DNA from: a virus
Taxonomy: Duplodnaviria; Caudoviricetes
IMG/VR virus record: IMGVR_UViG_3300030376_006484
Coordinates: 1 to 64,000 of that record
Reading direction: 5' to 3' (one strand)
DNA: 64,000 nt
Position 1 is the first letter of the stretch, and the number at the start of each line of letters is the position of its first letter. This document shows positions 1 to 8,759 of the stretch, in pieces. Made by a program: the position numbers and the translations under genes. The notes under the pieces are model-generated. The model was not told the origin of the DNA. It saw only the letters and a program-made list of their open reading frames with translations, and did not search any database.

Positions 1-1450
1 CCACCGATACAGGGCGTAGATTTTGCGGTGTATTCAAATCAGCACCAAAAGCAGTGGGTATTTCGCTGATGGTTTCAAAACTGATGTTCCTAGCGATAAT
101 CATTGAAGGATAGAGGCCCGCAAAGTCAAACGCCGCCACATTAAGATGTAGTCCATTCGTACCTTCATCCAATGGATTGTAAATCATAGCACCCGAATAA
201 GATAAAGATGCACCGCACTTTTTACATTCTTTCAGTTGTTTATCTTTAGGATTTTCGTATCCGCAAGCATCACACTTCTTTGTTTTTAATCTAACACCCG
301 TCTTACATTTCCAACTAGCATTGTTCATAAAGTAAATACTACCCATGTGGGAAGCATAGAAGCAAGACTCAAACGGAGCCACTAGCAATCTTTGTAAGGA
401 TATAATAGCCTCGCTACAATGGTTTTCCTCATCTATCTTTCTTAGTAATTCTACATCTATGATAGTGTATTGTAGATAAGAATACTTATCTTCTAACCAA
501 GCCCTTGAATAAAACTCATTAGGGTCAGTAAATTTAGTTTCAATATACTTACCTTCACCGAATAATGTTTTAGAAACATAGTCCAAAGCAAGACTTGGTA
601 GTGTCCCTCTTTGTGCGTCATTCCATTGTCTCTCAAAAGCAACATCAAGATTTAAGTTAATCATGCCTTTAACAGGTTGTGCAATAGGAGAATAGCCTCC
701 ACTTTTAGTAAACTTTAGACCGTCTAGACTTTCTTCTATTCCATCAATAACATTCATTGGAGAAATACTTCTAGGGTCAATCTCATTAGCAATACATCTT
801 CCTAATAGTTTAGGTAGGTCAAACTTAAGACCAAACCAAGCAACCATCATATCGGGTTTTTCTTCCGAAAGAAAGGCAATAAACTTAGTTAGCATTTCTG
901 CTTCGGAAGTACTGTAATCAAGAATACTAGTATAACCATCTACTGATGGCTTAGTAACTTTAGCAAATGATTCTTTAGGATACCATACCCACACATGGAA
1001 GTTTTTAGAAAAGTTATCGTAAAGAGCAATAGCAGTAATCTTACCATCATGTATTCCTCCTTGCATCCATTCCATATCCCAATAGTATTTCTTTAGAGAG
1101 TACGATTCCATAATATCTAAACTATCAACTGCGTACCTATTAACTAGTGAAACATCTGCTTCATATGTCATATCACCTAACTTGGGATGCTTAAATGGCT
1201 TCCTAGCACTATCTACATGTGATGGCTTCTCATAGTAAACTCGCTTTAGTTTAGTACCATCAATAGAAAACCATTCTCCTTTTACATAAGAGAAGTCCCT
1301 TCTTAGCATACCTACACTATATTGAGCAGGTTCTCTATAAGAGTCGGGTACATAAAAATAAGGAGCAAAGTCTACTAGTTCTGTAGATAATTCTCCTTGT
1401 TGGTTTCTATTAGATGTGTATATTGTATTTTCATAATTAGCAATTATCAT
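1..1450 (-). CDS. polB: Family B DNA polymerase (5' part; runs off the window start)
   Basis: Manual translation from ATG at 1450 (MIIANYENTIY...) gives ExoI-like YYWDMEW, YSGA motif and motif A AAFDFAGLYPSMIIARNISFET. Absent from the ORF track because it is truncated. Confidence 0.95.
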   Translation of the reverse strand, partial: MIIANYENTIYTSNRNQQGELSTELVDFAPYFYVPDSYREPAQYSVGMLRRDFSYVKGEWFSIDGTKLKRVYYEKPSHVDSARKPFKHPKLGDMTYEADVSLVNRYAVDSLDIMESYSLKKYYWDMEWMQGGIHDGKITAIALYDNFSKNFHVWVWYPKESFAKVTKPSVDGYTSILDYSTSEAEMLTKFIAFLSEEKPDMMVAWFGLKFDLPKLLGRCIANEIDPRSISPMNVIDGIEESLDGLKFTKSGGYSPIAQPVKGMINLNLDVAFERQWNDAQRGTLPSLALDYVSKTLFGEGKYIETKFTDPNEFYSRAWLEDKYSYLQYTIIDVELLRKIDEENHCSEAIISLQRLLVAPFESCFYASHMGSIYFMNNASWKCKTGVRLKTKKCDACGYENPKDKQLKECKKCGASLSYSGAMIYNPLDEGTNGLHLNVAAFDFAGLYPSMIIARNISFETISEIPTAFGADLNTPQNLRPVSV

Positions 1451-1469
1451 TTATATTCCTCGTATATTA

Positions 1470-2240
1470 TTATTCAATGTGAGGTACTCGTACTAAGAAT
1501 CTATTTTCGTTAGAAAGAAATAGCGGGAATTCGTCTTTCATAAAGAGAAAGAAATCTTCATCAAAGAATTTATGGATTGGCGCAGAAAAGGCTACAGTAG
1601 AACCATCTCCTGTTTGTGTCTCCAATTCTAGAATCTTCGCATAATTCTTAGTAATGTTTCCCGAAGAAATAGTTAGTTGGTTTTCTTTGTGATTCAAAAG
1701 GTAAATTCCTGTGTTGATGTTTTCACACATATTGATTGCTTCGCTGAATTCTTTATGATTAACCAAAACACCCGATTCAAATTGAGTCTTGTTAAAGGAA
1801 GGTAACTCTCCCGAAACAGGTTCAATAGAAGAAGCAAATGGTAGTTTCATGTTCATAATAGTATTAATGGAGCCGAAATTAGGATGCTCGTTTATCAAAG
1901 AAAGAGTCAAAGAAGTTTCCCCTGTTTGGGTTTGTATCTGTATTGTGTCGTTCAAATACATGATAATATCCCCATTCATCTTTTTTAGGAAAGGAGATAA
2001 CTCTTTTGCATTTACACAAAACGGTTTTAGGGTTGGGTCATCAACTGTGCAATCTAAAATTGAACAAGCAATAAAAGACATATCAGCATTCCAAACTTCT
2101 AGTCTTTCTTCCCTGTAAATCATAACTACATGTTTTCCTAACAGGTCGGACTTAACTCCTGTACCTGTACCATACTTACCTCTTACCATTAAGTTAGAAA
2201 GGGTCTTTTCTAGTGTCTTTGCATCTACTGTAATTCTCAT
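1470..2240 (-). CDS. DNA sliding clamp (PCNA/beta-clamp fold), putative
   Basis: 256 aa, PCNA-like size and alternating beta/alpha pattern; next to polB; RFC genes nearby. Confidence 0.65.
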   Translation of the reverse strand: MRITVDAKTLEKTLSNLMVRGKYGTGTGVKSDLLGKHVVMIYREERLEVWNADMSFIACSILDCTVDDPTLKPFCVNAKELSPFLKKMNGDIIMYLNDTIQIQTQTGETSLTLSLINEHPNFGSINTIMNMKLPFASSIEPVSGELPSFNKTQFESGVLVNHKEFSEAINMCENINTGIYLLNHKENQLTISSGNITKNYAKILELETQTGDGSTVAFSAPIHKFFDEDFFLFMKDEFPLFLSNENRFLVRVPHIE

Positions 2241-3046
2241 ACCTTCATCTCCTTTACGCTATCAATACCTGTCCAATCTACTGAGCCATCTCTAGCCACT
2301 GTTAAGAAGGTATAATTCTTACCTACTAAGGAAGGATAGTATTTACTACTTTTAACAGTAGCAACAAACTCTGTTCCTTTAGCAGTGATTCTTTGCTTAG
2401 TACTAATAATAGAATAAAGTCGGGAGTCTAATCTATTCCATATTGGTTGGGGTGGGTCATCTCTAAATGGTGGCTTAGTGTGTGTAATGTATATTTGATG
2501 ACAATTGAGTTTCAAGGATTCCTTCAAAACTTCTCTGTAAGGTTGGTTTCGCTGAAACCATTCTTGTTGTTTTGTAGCCTTCATTTTACGCATTCGGGAA
2601 TTCTCCATCCCTGTCATGTAAAGAGTACAGTAATCTAACCAAGTATCTACTCCATCCCAAACGAATAGAATCGGTTCTTCCGATGATGCTATTTCATTTT
2701 TTACTAGGGCAATAAAAGAACGAATGTTTCCTTGAGTTTGGTAAGGTAGAAATTCTCCATCTTCGTCATAAGCCGCAGGATTAAAAATTAGAATCCTATC
2801 CGTACTGTTATGATTAGCCTTCCAAGTAGGGACTGCTCCTTCATCACAATCTAAGTAGAATGTTTTCATACCTGTATCCATAGTTATGCCGGATTTTCCT
2901 GTCTTTGCATCACCTTCAATACCCAATAGTAGATGGGATTTATTGCTAGTGTTTGTCTTCTTTTGTTCGTTAATTAGCCTTTGAACCAAATCAACATCAA
3001 TTGCTGTTTGGCTTTCTTTGCTTACTAAATTTTTATTTTGTATCAT
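2237..3046 (-). CDS. P-loop ATPase, RecA/RadA/Sak4-like
   Basis: Walker A GDAKTGKS, YLDCDEG, Walker B FVWDG, YITH; next to RPA. Confidence 0.75.
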   Translation of the reverse strand: MIQNKNLVSKESQTAIDVDLVQRLINEQKKTNTSNKSHLLLGIEGDAKTGKSGITMDTGMKTFYLDCDEGAVPTWKANHNSTDRILIFNPAAYDEDGEFLPYQTQGNIRSFIALVKNEIASSEEPILFVWDGVDTWLDYCTLYMTGMENSRMRKMKATKQQEWFQRNQPYREVLKESLKLNCHQIYITHTKPPFRDDPPQPIWNRLDSRLYSIISTKQRITAKGTEFVATVKSSKYYPSLVGKNYTFLTVARDGSVDWTGIDSVKEMKV

Positions 3047-3053
3047 GTGTATT

Positions 3054-3287
3054 TCACCTCTTATTATCTTTCCAAGTTTCTAGTAACTTGGTAACTTCTT
3101 CTTCTTCGTTAAAAACTAGTCTAACTTCTTTGCCTCCAATGTGCATTTTTACATGGAAGTTATTGTCATCCCAATTCTGTTTCATGGTGATAAAATCTAC
3201 ATCTCGTAAATCAACCATCCACTTTCCGTCTTCATAGACAAAGTTTGTACCTTGATATTCAATCATTAGTACTCCTCTCCTGTCCAA
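3054..3287 (-). CDS. Small beta-rich hypothetical protein
   Basis: Operonic ORF; VDLRDVDFITMK resembles IRFENIQHISW of the neighbouring ORF. Confidence 0.55.
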   Translation of the reverse strand: MDRRGVLMIEYQGTNFVYEDGKWMVDLRDVDFITMKQNWDDNNFHVKMHIGGKEVRLVFNEEEEVTKLLETWKDNKR

Positions 3288-3472
3288 CGGCAGTAATTAG
3301 TCATAAATTCTTCAAAGATTTTCATAGTCGTTTTCTGTACGATTGTCCCTCCACTTGAGTAGAGTTTCATGGTAACATAATTATCCGGTTCGTGATTCCA
3401 ACTAATGTGTTGGATATTCTCAAACCTAATAAATGCTAAATCTGTTTTTATTGCTTTTCTGTATAGTTTCAT
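3266..3472 (-). CDS. Small beta-rich hypothetical protein (start MKLYRK)
   Basis: GAGG SD before ATG at 3472; possible paralog of 3054-3287. Confidence 0.55.
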   Translation of the reverse strand: MKLYRKAIKTDLAFIRFENIQHISWNHEPDNYVTMKLYSSGGTIVQKTTMKIFEEFMTNYCRWTGEEY

Positions 3473-3485
3473 TTTAATTCCTCTA

Positions 3486-3594
3486 AGGATAGGGCTTTGC
3501 ACCCATCCGAACATCAGTTTCCCCCAAGCCCATGTTTACACTTGTTTACGATAACTCACCTATAGGTGATTGCTACATTGCGAGTTAATGGGAA
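3486..3594 (-). ncRNA. Putative structured intergenic RNA element
   Basis: Palindrome TCACCTATAGGTGA and hairpin GGATGGG-TGCAAAG-CCCTATCC in an intergenic gap of a tightly packed operon. Confidence 0.3.
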
Positions 3595-4803
3595 TCAAAA
3601 CCAATCTAGGTCTTCCTCCGTAGCCTGTTCAATCTCTACTACTTGACCTCGGCGTTCCTTTACAAGAAGCCCTGTAAGGTTGATAGTAACAGGTTGTAGC
3701 CCTTCTTCTGTTTCCCTTTGTGATGTTCTACCAACAACGGTTACGGCGGAGCCAATACCAAAGTCAATGTCTACATTTTCGGGAACCCAACAAGTTACCA
3801 TACCGTCATTTTCATAATCAAAGTCTGCGGCTAGGTCGGTAATGTTAATGATTCTATTACCGTTACCTGTAGGGGTCATGTTGATATTACAAACTGTACC
3901 GTTAGTAATAACAAATCGTTGTGCTGATGGTAGGTCACGCAATTCGTCGTGCTTTTCTTGTAGATTTCCTAGATACACGACATTGTTAGAGGCAACATTA
4001 GCCATCATATTAGTCATGTTTAAGGAAGAAGTGTCACGATAAAGGTCACTGTTGGGGTCTTGTTCTTCATTCATTCTCAAACTACCAATGGTCTTATCAG
4101 TAAATCCATAGATAAATCCATCTCTATTAGAATCCTTAATGACAACCATATTCAACCATGAGAAGGTCTTAGGAGTAAATTCAATTCCTCCTTTGTTCTT
4201 GTAAGAAAAGTTGTAAAGATTGTACTCTTCATCATCTCCTACCTTACCAATAAAGACACCACTTCTACGCATTACTGAGTTTAGTGGCTTACCATAGTTT
4301 TTGTTCTCGCCACCGTTTTGATAGCGAGCGTTGTTGTCCAAAGGAATGATGATAGAACCATCTTCTAATTCCTGTACGCAATCGGGAAGAGTCTTAACTT
4401 TCTTCTCTTGGATTGCATCATTGTGGAAACGGGAGACTGAATAAAATCCATTCTCGGCTTCTTCAACAATAGCAACAAATCCCTTTTGATGAGCATTGTA
4501 TGGGTCATTCTTCCATTCTTCTACGGCTCGTCGTCGGTTGTATTCGTTTAAGTCTCTTGGTTCTTCAAGAGCCAAAAAGAATCCAAAGGCTTGCTTTGCA
4601 AGTCCCCCTCCTCCGGTGGTTGTTGTTGTGTTCTGTGACTTTTGGCTTCTAATTTGTTGTGCGGCGTAACTACGCCATAGTGCGATAGCAATTGGGCTAT
4701 CAGCACCCACACCATTTTCGGCACAAATTTCGTCAAATTTCAATTGAGCATCCTCTAGTGGAATACTCAACTTCTCTGCGGCTTTTACAATTTCGTTTTG
4801 CAT
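3595..4803 (-). CDS. RPA-like OB-fold ssDNA-binding protein
   Basis: C-terminal OB-fold pattern (NRIINITDL...VTCW...GSAVTVVGR), acidic-aromatic tail EEDLDWF, located in the replication module. Confidence 0.7.
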   Translation of the reverse strand: MQNEIVKAAEKLSIPLEDAQLKFDEICAENGVGADSPIAIALWRSYAAQQIRSQKSQNTTTTTGGGGLAKQAFGFFLALEEPRDLNEYNRRRAVEEWKNDPYNAHQKGFVAIVEEAENGFYSVSRFHNDAIQEKKVKTLPDCVQELEDGSIIIPLDNNARYQNGGENKNYGKPLNSVMRRSGVFIGKVGDDEEYNLYNFSYKNKGGIEFTPKTFSWLNMVVIKDSNRDGFIYGFTDKTIGSLRMNEEQDPNSDLYRDTSSLNMTNMMANVASNNVVYLGNLQEKHDELRDLPSAQRFVITNGTVCNINMTPTGNGNRIINITDLAADFDYENDGMVTCWVPENVDIDFGIGSAVTVVGRTSQRETEEGLQPVTINLTGLLVKERRGQVVEIEQATEEDLDWF

Positions 4804-4816
4804 TTGTTTTTCCCTC

Positions 4817-5728
4817 CTATATTAGTTGGCCTACCATCCATGAAGCAAGTAATTTCGGGGTCATGGTGGTAGAACGCCACTCCCCTTCTCCAATTACTCG
4901 CAGGAATTTCAATTTCATTTTAGCCTCCATATCACACTTGATTGTGTAATCGTGGAGTCCAATGCAGATTTCCTTTACGGAACGACCTGCGTAAATAGAC
5001 TGATGAATTTTTTCAAGTGAACCATTAGCATTTCTATTTACAATTTCATTTATTATTTCTTCGTACTCTTCTAGACCTTTTTCAATTTGTCTCGTTAGTG
5101 TTGTACCCGACACGATACCGGCCTGTAACTCGGTAAGTGTTCTACGCAAATCACCATGAAGAGAGTATATGAAGGTTCCCAAATCCTCATCCGTTAAGTG
5201 GGTATGGGCTTCCTTCTTCAAAATCATTTTTGTGATTCTCAATACCAAATCATATGGTAAAGGCTTGAATCGGTAGTTTGCACATCTACTTTGAAGTGCG
5301 TGAATGATTTTGTTTTTATCATTGCAAGTAATAATAAATCTAACATTGTTAGAGTATCTTTCCATAATTCTCTTCAATGCGTTTTGAGCATCATTGGTCA
5401 TCCCATCCATTTCATCTAACAAGATGATGCGAAAGGGAACAGTACCAATAGTACCGCTTTGTGCGATTTCTTTAATCCGTGTTCTAACTGTTTCTAGTCT
5501 TCTGTCATCGGAAGCATTTATTTCAAAGAAGTTTTCTTTGACATGAACACCTAGAATAGCATTAGCAAGTACAAAGGCCACACTAGTTTTACCTGTACCC
5601 GATGTACCATAGAGTAGAACATTGGGCATAATTTGTTCTTTAGCCCAAGACTCCGCATCCATTACAAAGTGTTCTTGTCCCACAATTTCGCTTAGTTTGG
5701 TTGGTCTGTATTTCTCTGTCCATAACAT
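4817..5728 (-). CDS. rfcS: Replication factor C small subunit (clamp loader)
   Basis: WTEKYRP, GTSGTGKT, EINASDDR, IILLDEMD, ALQSRC, GDLRR motifs. Confidence 0.95.
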   Translation of the reverse strand: MLWTEKYRPTKLSEIVGQEHFVMDAESWAKEQIMPNVLLYGTSGTGKTSVAFVLANAILGVHVKENFFEINASDDRRLETVRTRIKEIAQSGTIGTVPFRIILLDEMDGMTNDAQNALKRIMERYSNNVRFIITCNDKNKIIHALQSRCANYRFKPLPYDLVLRITKMILKKEAHTHLTDEDLGTFIYSLHGDLRRTLTELQAGIVSGTTLTRQIEKGLEEYEEIINEIVNRNANGSLEKIHQSIYAGRSVKEICIGLHDYTIKCDMEAKMKLKFLRVIGEGEWRSTTMTPKLLASWMVGQLI

Positions 5729-5742
5729 TATATCATCTCCAT

Positions 5743-6324
5743 TTAATTATTAGCGTACCATTCACCACAATACTCAGCAGAAACATCATAGCCATTTTCT
5801 ATGTGTGGAGTCTTACAAGTAGTCTTCCACCTTTCGTCTGTGTCATCAAAACGACCTATGAACATATAAAATTCATCAGTTGTCCATTTGTCAAAGGATT
5901 TTTTTAGACCCAAATATGTAGAATAGGTATCTCCACCATCATTTGCTGAACCTTCACCCCATGACATATCCCATGAATCTGCTTGAATCACCCCGTTCAA
6001 ACAATCAATGGCCGTTAATTGTCGGTAGTCATGATTCTCCACCTTTAATACTAAGAAATAATCTTCATCCGAGCGACAATCTTTATCATCATCGGAAACA
6101 GTAAATTTAATCTTATGATAAGGGGGTTCTTCTACAATATCAACAGAAGAATTATCCTCGCTAATATGTGTTATGCCTATGCCTATAACTGCTATAACCA
6201 TACTCACTACAAATAATACTATTATAGGTTTTAATAACTTGTTAGAATAATGGTTATGTGTCACATCAACTGTAACTACGCTATCATGTATGTTGTTTCT
6301 TTCGTATTTGTCTGTGTCAATCAT
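5743..6324 (-). CDS. Single-pass membrane protein with MIDTDK leader
   Basis: TM helix IIVLFVVSMVIAVIGIGI followed by a Cys-containing acidic domain. Confidence 0.65.
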   Translation of the reverse strand: MIDTDKYERNNIHDSVVTVDVTHNHYSNKLLKPIIVLFVVSMVIAVIGIGITHISEDNSSVDIVEEPPYHKIKFTVSDDDKDCRSDEDYFLVLKVENHDYRQLTAIDCLNGVIQADSWDMSWGEGSANDGGDTYSTYLGLKKSFDKWTTDEFYMFIGRFDDTDERWKTTCKTPHIENGYDVSAEYCGEWYANN

Positions 6325-6569
6325 TTTTCTTCACCCGTAAATAGCCTATGAAAATGCGATTGGCCTTCACTGTTGTAGGCACGATAAAATTCCATCATCG
6401 TTTCTTCACCAAAATACTCTCGGACTAAAACGACAAAGCCACGCAACCGCTTGACTTCGGCAAGTAACTCCATTCCCATTGCTTGTAAGACTTCATAGAG
6501 GTGGTCATCGTGTTGTAGCCATTCTTCGGTTTGTTGTAGCCATTCTTCGGTTTTGTCTGTGTCTATCAT
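6321..6569 (-). CDS. Hypothetical protein, MIDTDK family
   Basis: MIDTDK leader and ELLAEVKRLR motif shared with 27077-27316. Confidence 0.65.
   Translation of the reverse strand: MIDTDKTEEWLQQTEEWLQHDDHLYEVLQAMGMELLAEVKRLRGFVVLVREYFGEETMMEFYRAYNSEGQSHFHRLFTGEEK
6511..6552. repeat. Perfect 21-bp tandem duplication (TGTTGTAGCCATTCTTCGGTT x2)
   Basis: Read directly; encodes the duplicated TEEWLQ. Confidence 0.9.
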
Positions 6570-6571
6570 TT

Positions 6572-6805
6572 TTATTCCTCCTTAAAGAAATACCTAAGAG
6601 CAGAAGGTAATTGTTCAATTATCTTCGCTCGTATTTCATCGTCCATTCTAGATTGGTATTCTCTAGACATTTTGTTAATTTGATTGTAGGACTGCACACT
6701 GTCAATCTTTAAGTTAAGTTTGTTGGTCATGTGCATTAACCTATTATTGATAATTTTTATTTGGTTTTCAATTCCTTCTATTTTAATTTCTATTTCTGTT
6801 TTCAT
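6572..6805 (-). CDS. Coiled-coil hypothetical protein
   Basis: GAGG SD before MKTEIE; heptad pattern. Confidence 0.55.
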   Translation of the reverse strand: MKTEIEIKIEGIENQIKIINNRLMHMTNKLNLKIDSVQSYNQINKMSREYQSRMDDEIRAKIIEQLPSALRYFFKEE

Positions 6806-6807
6806 TT

Positions 6808-7056
6808 TTATTCCTCTTTTAATTCCCATAGGGATATTTTGTTCGGTAGATATGAATGTCTACTAAACTCTTTATGTCGCATAATCTGTCCTATTCTATT
6901 AGAACAAATTCTACTGTTCTTCAACTTAATATTGTTGAGTAGTCTTTCTTTTAATTGAAAGGTACTAAGAGGTGACTCATCACCAAGCACCCGTACTATT
7001 TCTTTTTTGATTCTTTTATAGTTGCCCGATGATTTACTTTTCCCCATTCTCTTCAT
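6808..7056 (-). CDS. Small basic winged-HTH-like protein
   Basis: LSTFQLKERL...SNRIGQIM...LW pattern, paralogous to 7034-7261. Confidence 0.55.
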   Translation of the reverse strand: MKRMGKSKSSGNYKRIKKEIVRVLGDESPLSTFQLKERLLNNIKLKNSRICSNRIGQIMRHKEFSRHSYLPNKISLWELKEE

Positions 7057-7261
7057 CTCCTAATTCCCATTCAGCATTTTTACCCGAACCTATTCTAATA
7101 AATTTTTTAGATTTTAGAATAGAACCTAATTGGTTAGCGGTAATGCCCCATTTAGTTTTTCTATTGATATACTCAAAGATTTCTTGAGTTGATTTTTTTC
7201 CACTACTAATATATTGTTTTATTTTGTCAGCGTGTCTTTCTGTTTTTTTCTTTTTGCTCAT
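7034..7261 (-). CDS. Small basic winged-HTH-like protein
   Basis: KSTQEIFEYIN...TANQLGSIL...F...EWEL. Confidence 0.6.
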   Translation of the reverse strand: MSKKKKTERHADKIKQYISSGKKSTQEIFEYINRKTKWGITANQLGSILKSKKFIRIGSGKNAEWELGDEENGEK

Positions 7262-8106
7262 AGGAATTCCTCCAATGAAAACTGTTTAGTTTTTTTCTTT
7301 CTAATACTGAGTGTTTTCTTCTCGCCTAATCCCATCAATCTACACTCTTCATTGTTGTATTTTGACATGGCGTGTTTTCTAAACTCATCCTCTTTTATCA
7401 GTTGCTTAAACAATCTATGTTCATGTGAGGCTAGGCCAACTCTCTTTAGTAGTCTAGGTACTTTTGAGTACTTGCCTCTTGTCGGCATATTGGCCCGTCT
7501 AAACACCTTGCCTTCGTGACAATATGCAAGCATTTCGTAGAAGTATCTTTGAGGCCAACGGCGTTTAACTACACCATCAACAAAGAGTAATTTGTTTGGG
7601 TGTAGGTTTTCATTCAACCATGAAACAATTTGAGTATCTGCGGGTTTGTTAAACAAAAGTAATTCTCTAATTAAATCTCTGTCACCGCTTTTTAAGTATT
7701 CATTTATTAGACTAAATACATCTCTTTCGTAGGAAAAAGGTTCTTCACTTCTAGGTGCTATTTCTTTTAACTGCTCCTGTATGTGTTGTTTAGAACCGAC
7801 TCTTTTAATTTTGCAAATCTTTTTTATTTCCTTCGGGATGGATTTTTGATTAATAGAAGTTAATACTACTGTACCTCTATACTTAAGAATAATATCTACT
7901 ATTTCTTTTGTCATTGGTTTATAATGTATGTCTTCTATGATTATACCTAACTCAATAGGTACGGAGAAAATATCCTTTATGTCAATGACATTAGCATACT
8001 GATAAACTGCATTGGGTAGCATTTCTTTTACTGTTGTAGTCTTGCCCGTTCCTGCTTTTCCTACGAAAATTTCTGTTCTGTCTTTATTTATATTAGTCAA
8101 ACCCAT
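7258..8106 (-). CDS. RFC large subunit-like AAA+ protein
   Basis: Walker A GKAGTGKT, Walker B IIIED, C-terminal PIP box QFSLEEFL. Confidence 0.7.
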   Translation of the reverse strand: MGLTNINKDRTEIFVGKAGTGKTTTVKEMLPNAVYQYANVIDIKDIFSVPIELGIIIEDIHYKPMTKEIVDIILKYRGTVVLTSINQKSIPKEIKKICKIKRVGSKQHIQEQLKEIAPRSEEPFSYERDVFSLINEYLKSGDRDLIRELLLFNKPADTQIVSWLNENLHPNKLLFVDGVVKRRWPQRYFYEMLAYCHEGKVFRRANMPTRGKYSKVPRLLKRVGLASHEHRLFKQLIKEDEFRKHAMSKYNNEECRLMGLGEKKTLSIRKKKTKQFSLEEFL

Positions 8107-8479
8107 TTAGATTCCCCTTTATTATTAGTATTTGTTCTAGACCTTGTAAGGTCAAATGTTTTTTATTTTGGACTATTTCGTGTATTCTTCTAAAGTCTGT
8201 TAGTTTCTTTGAAAGCGAGTCCAGTCCTTTAGGTATAATATGCAATATGTGTTCTACATTACTTTTACTTATTACTATTCTGTCGCTTTGTAGACTGTGT
8301 GGAAAATTCCTTTGTGTAAAACTTCTAGACAGTGCCGATAATAACTCTTGATTAGAAGACACTACTATTATTTTAAGCGTACAAGAATAGCCAATGTTGG
8401 TGCTTTCGCTAATTTCCACCTTAGAATAAAAATTACCTTTTGCTAAAAGAATACCAACTATCATGTCCCTAGATAACAT
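8093..8479 (-). CDS. LAGLIDADG-fold protein (probably degenerate)
   Basis: IVGILLAKGNF helix lacks the catalytic acidic residue; C-terminal KKHLTLQGLEQI is typical of LAGLIDADG endonucleases. Confidence 0.6.
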   Translation of the reverse strand: MLSRDMIVGILLAKGNFYSKVEISESTNIGYSCTLKIIVVSSNQELLSALSRSFTQRNFPHSLQSDRIVISKSNVEHILHIIPKGLDSLSKKLTDFRRIHEIVQNKKHLTLQGLEQILIIKGNLNGFD

Positions 8480-8759
8480 AATCTACAACCCCTAAATAAT
8501 GATGCTCTATTCCTTCATGTTTCAAGAAAAATTGAATATTGGATACTACAAGGGATTCATCTAAACTAGAAAGATACACTTCTATATCCGCATTAGTATA
8601 TTTGAAGAATACTCTACTTGTGTCTTTTTTGTGTCTTAACCAATGGGCATTGAACAATTCTAAAACCATTCTTTGATTCACCGAAATATCGTCTTCTAAA
8701 GAGAAGACTAGTTTTTTCTTGTTTGGTAGTTTATCAAAGTCCTTCATACAATCCCTCAA
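8469..8759 (-). CDS. Hypothetical protein
   Basis: Translationally coupled ORF in the operon. Confidence 0.55.
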   Translation of the reverse strand: MRDCMKDFDKLPNKKKLVFSLEDDISVNQRMVLELFNAHWLRHKKDTSRVFFKYTNADIEVYLSSLDESLVVSNIQFFLKHEGIEHHYLGVVDYVI

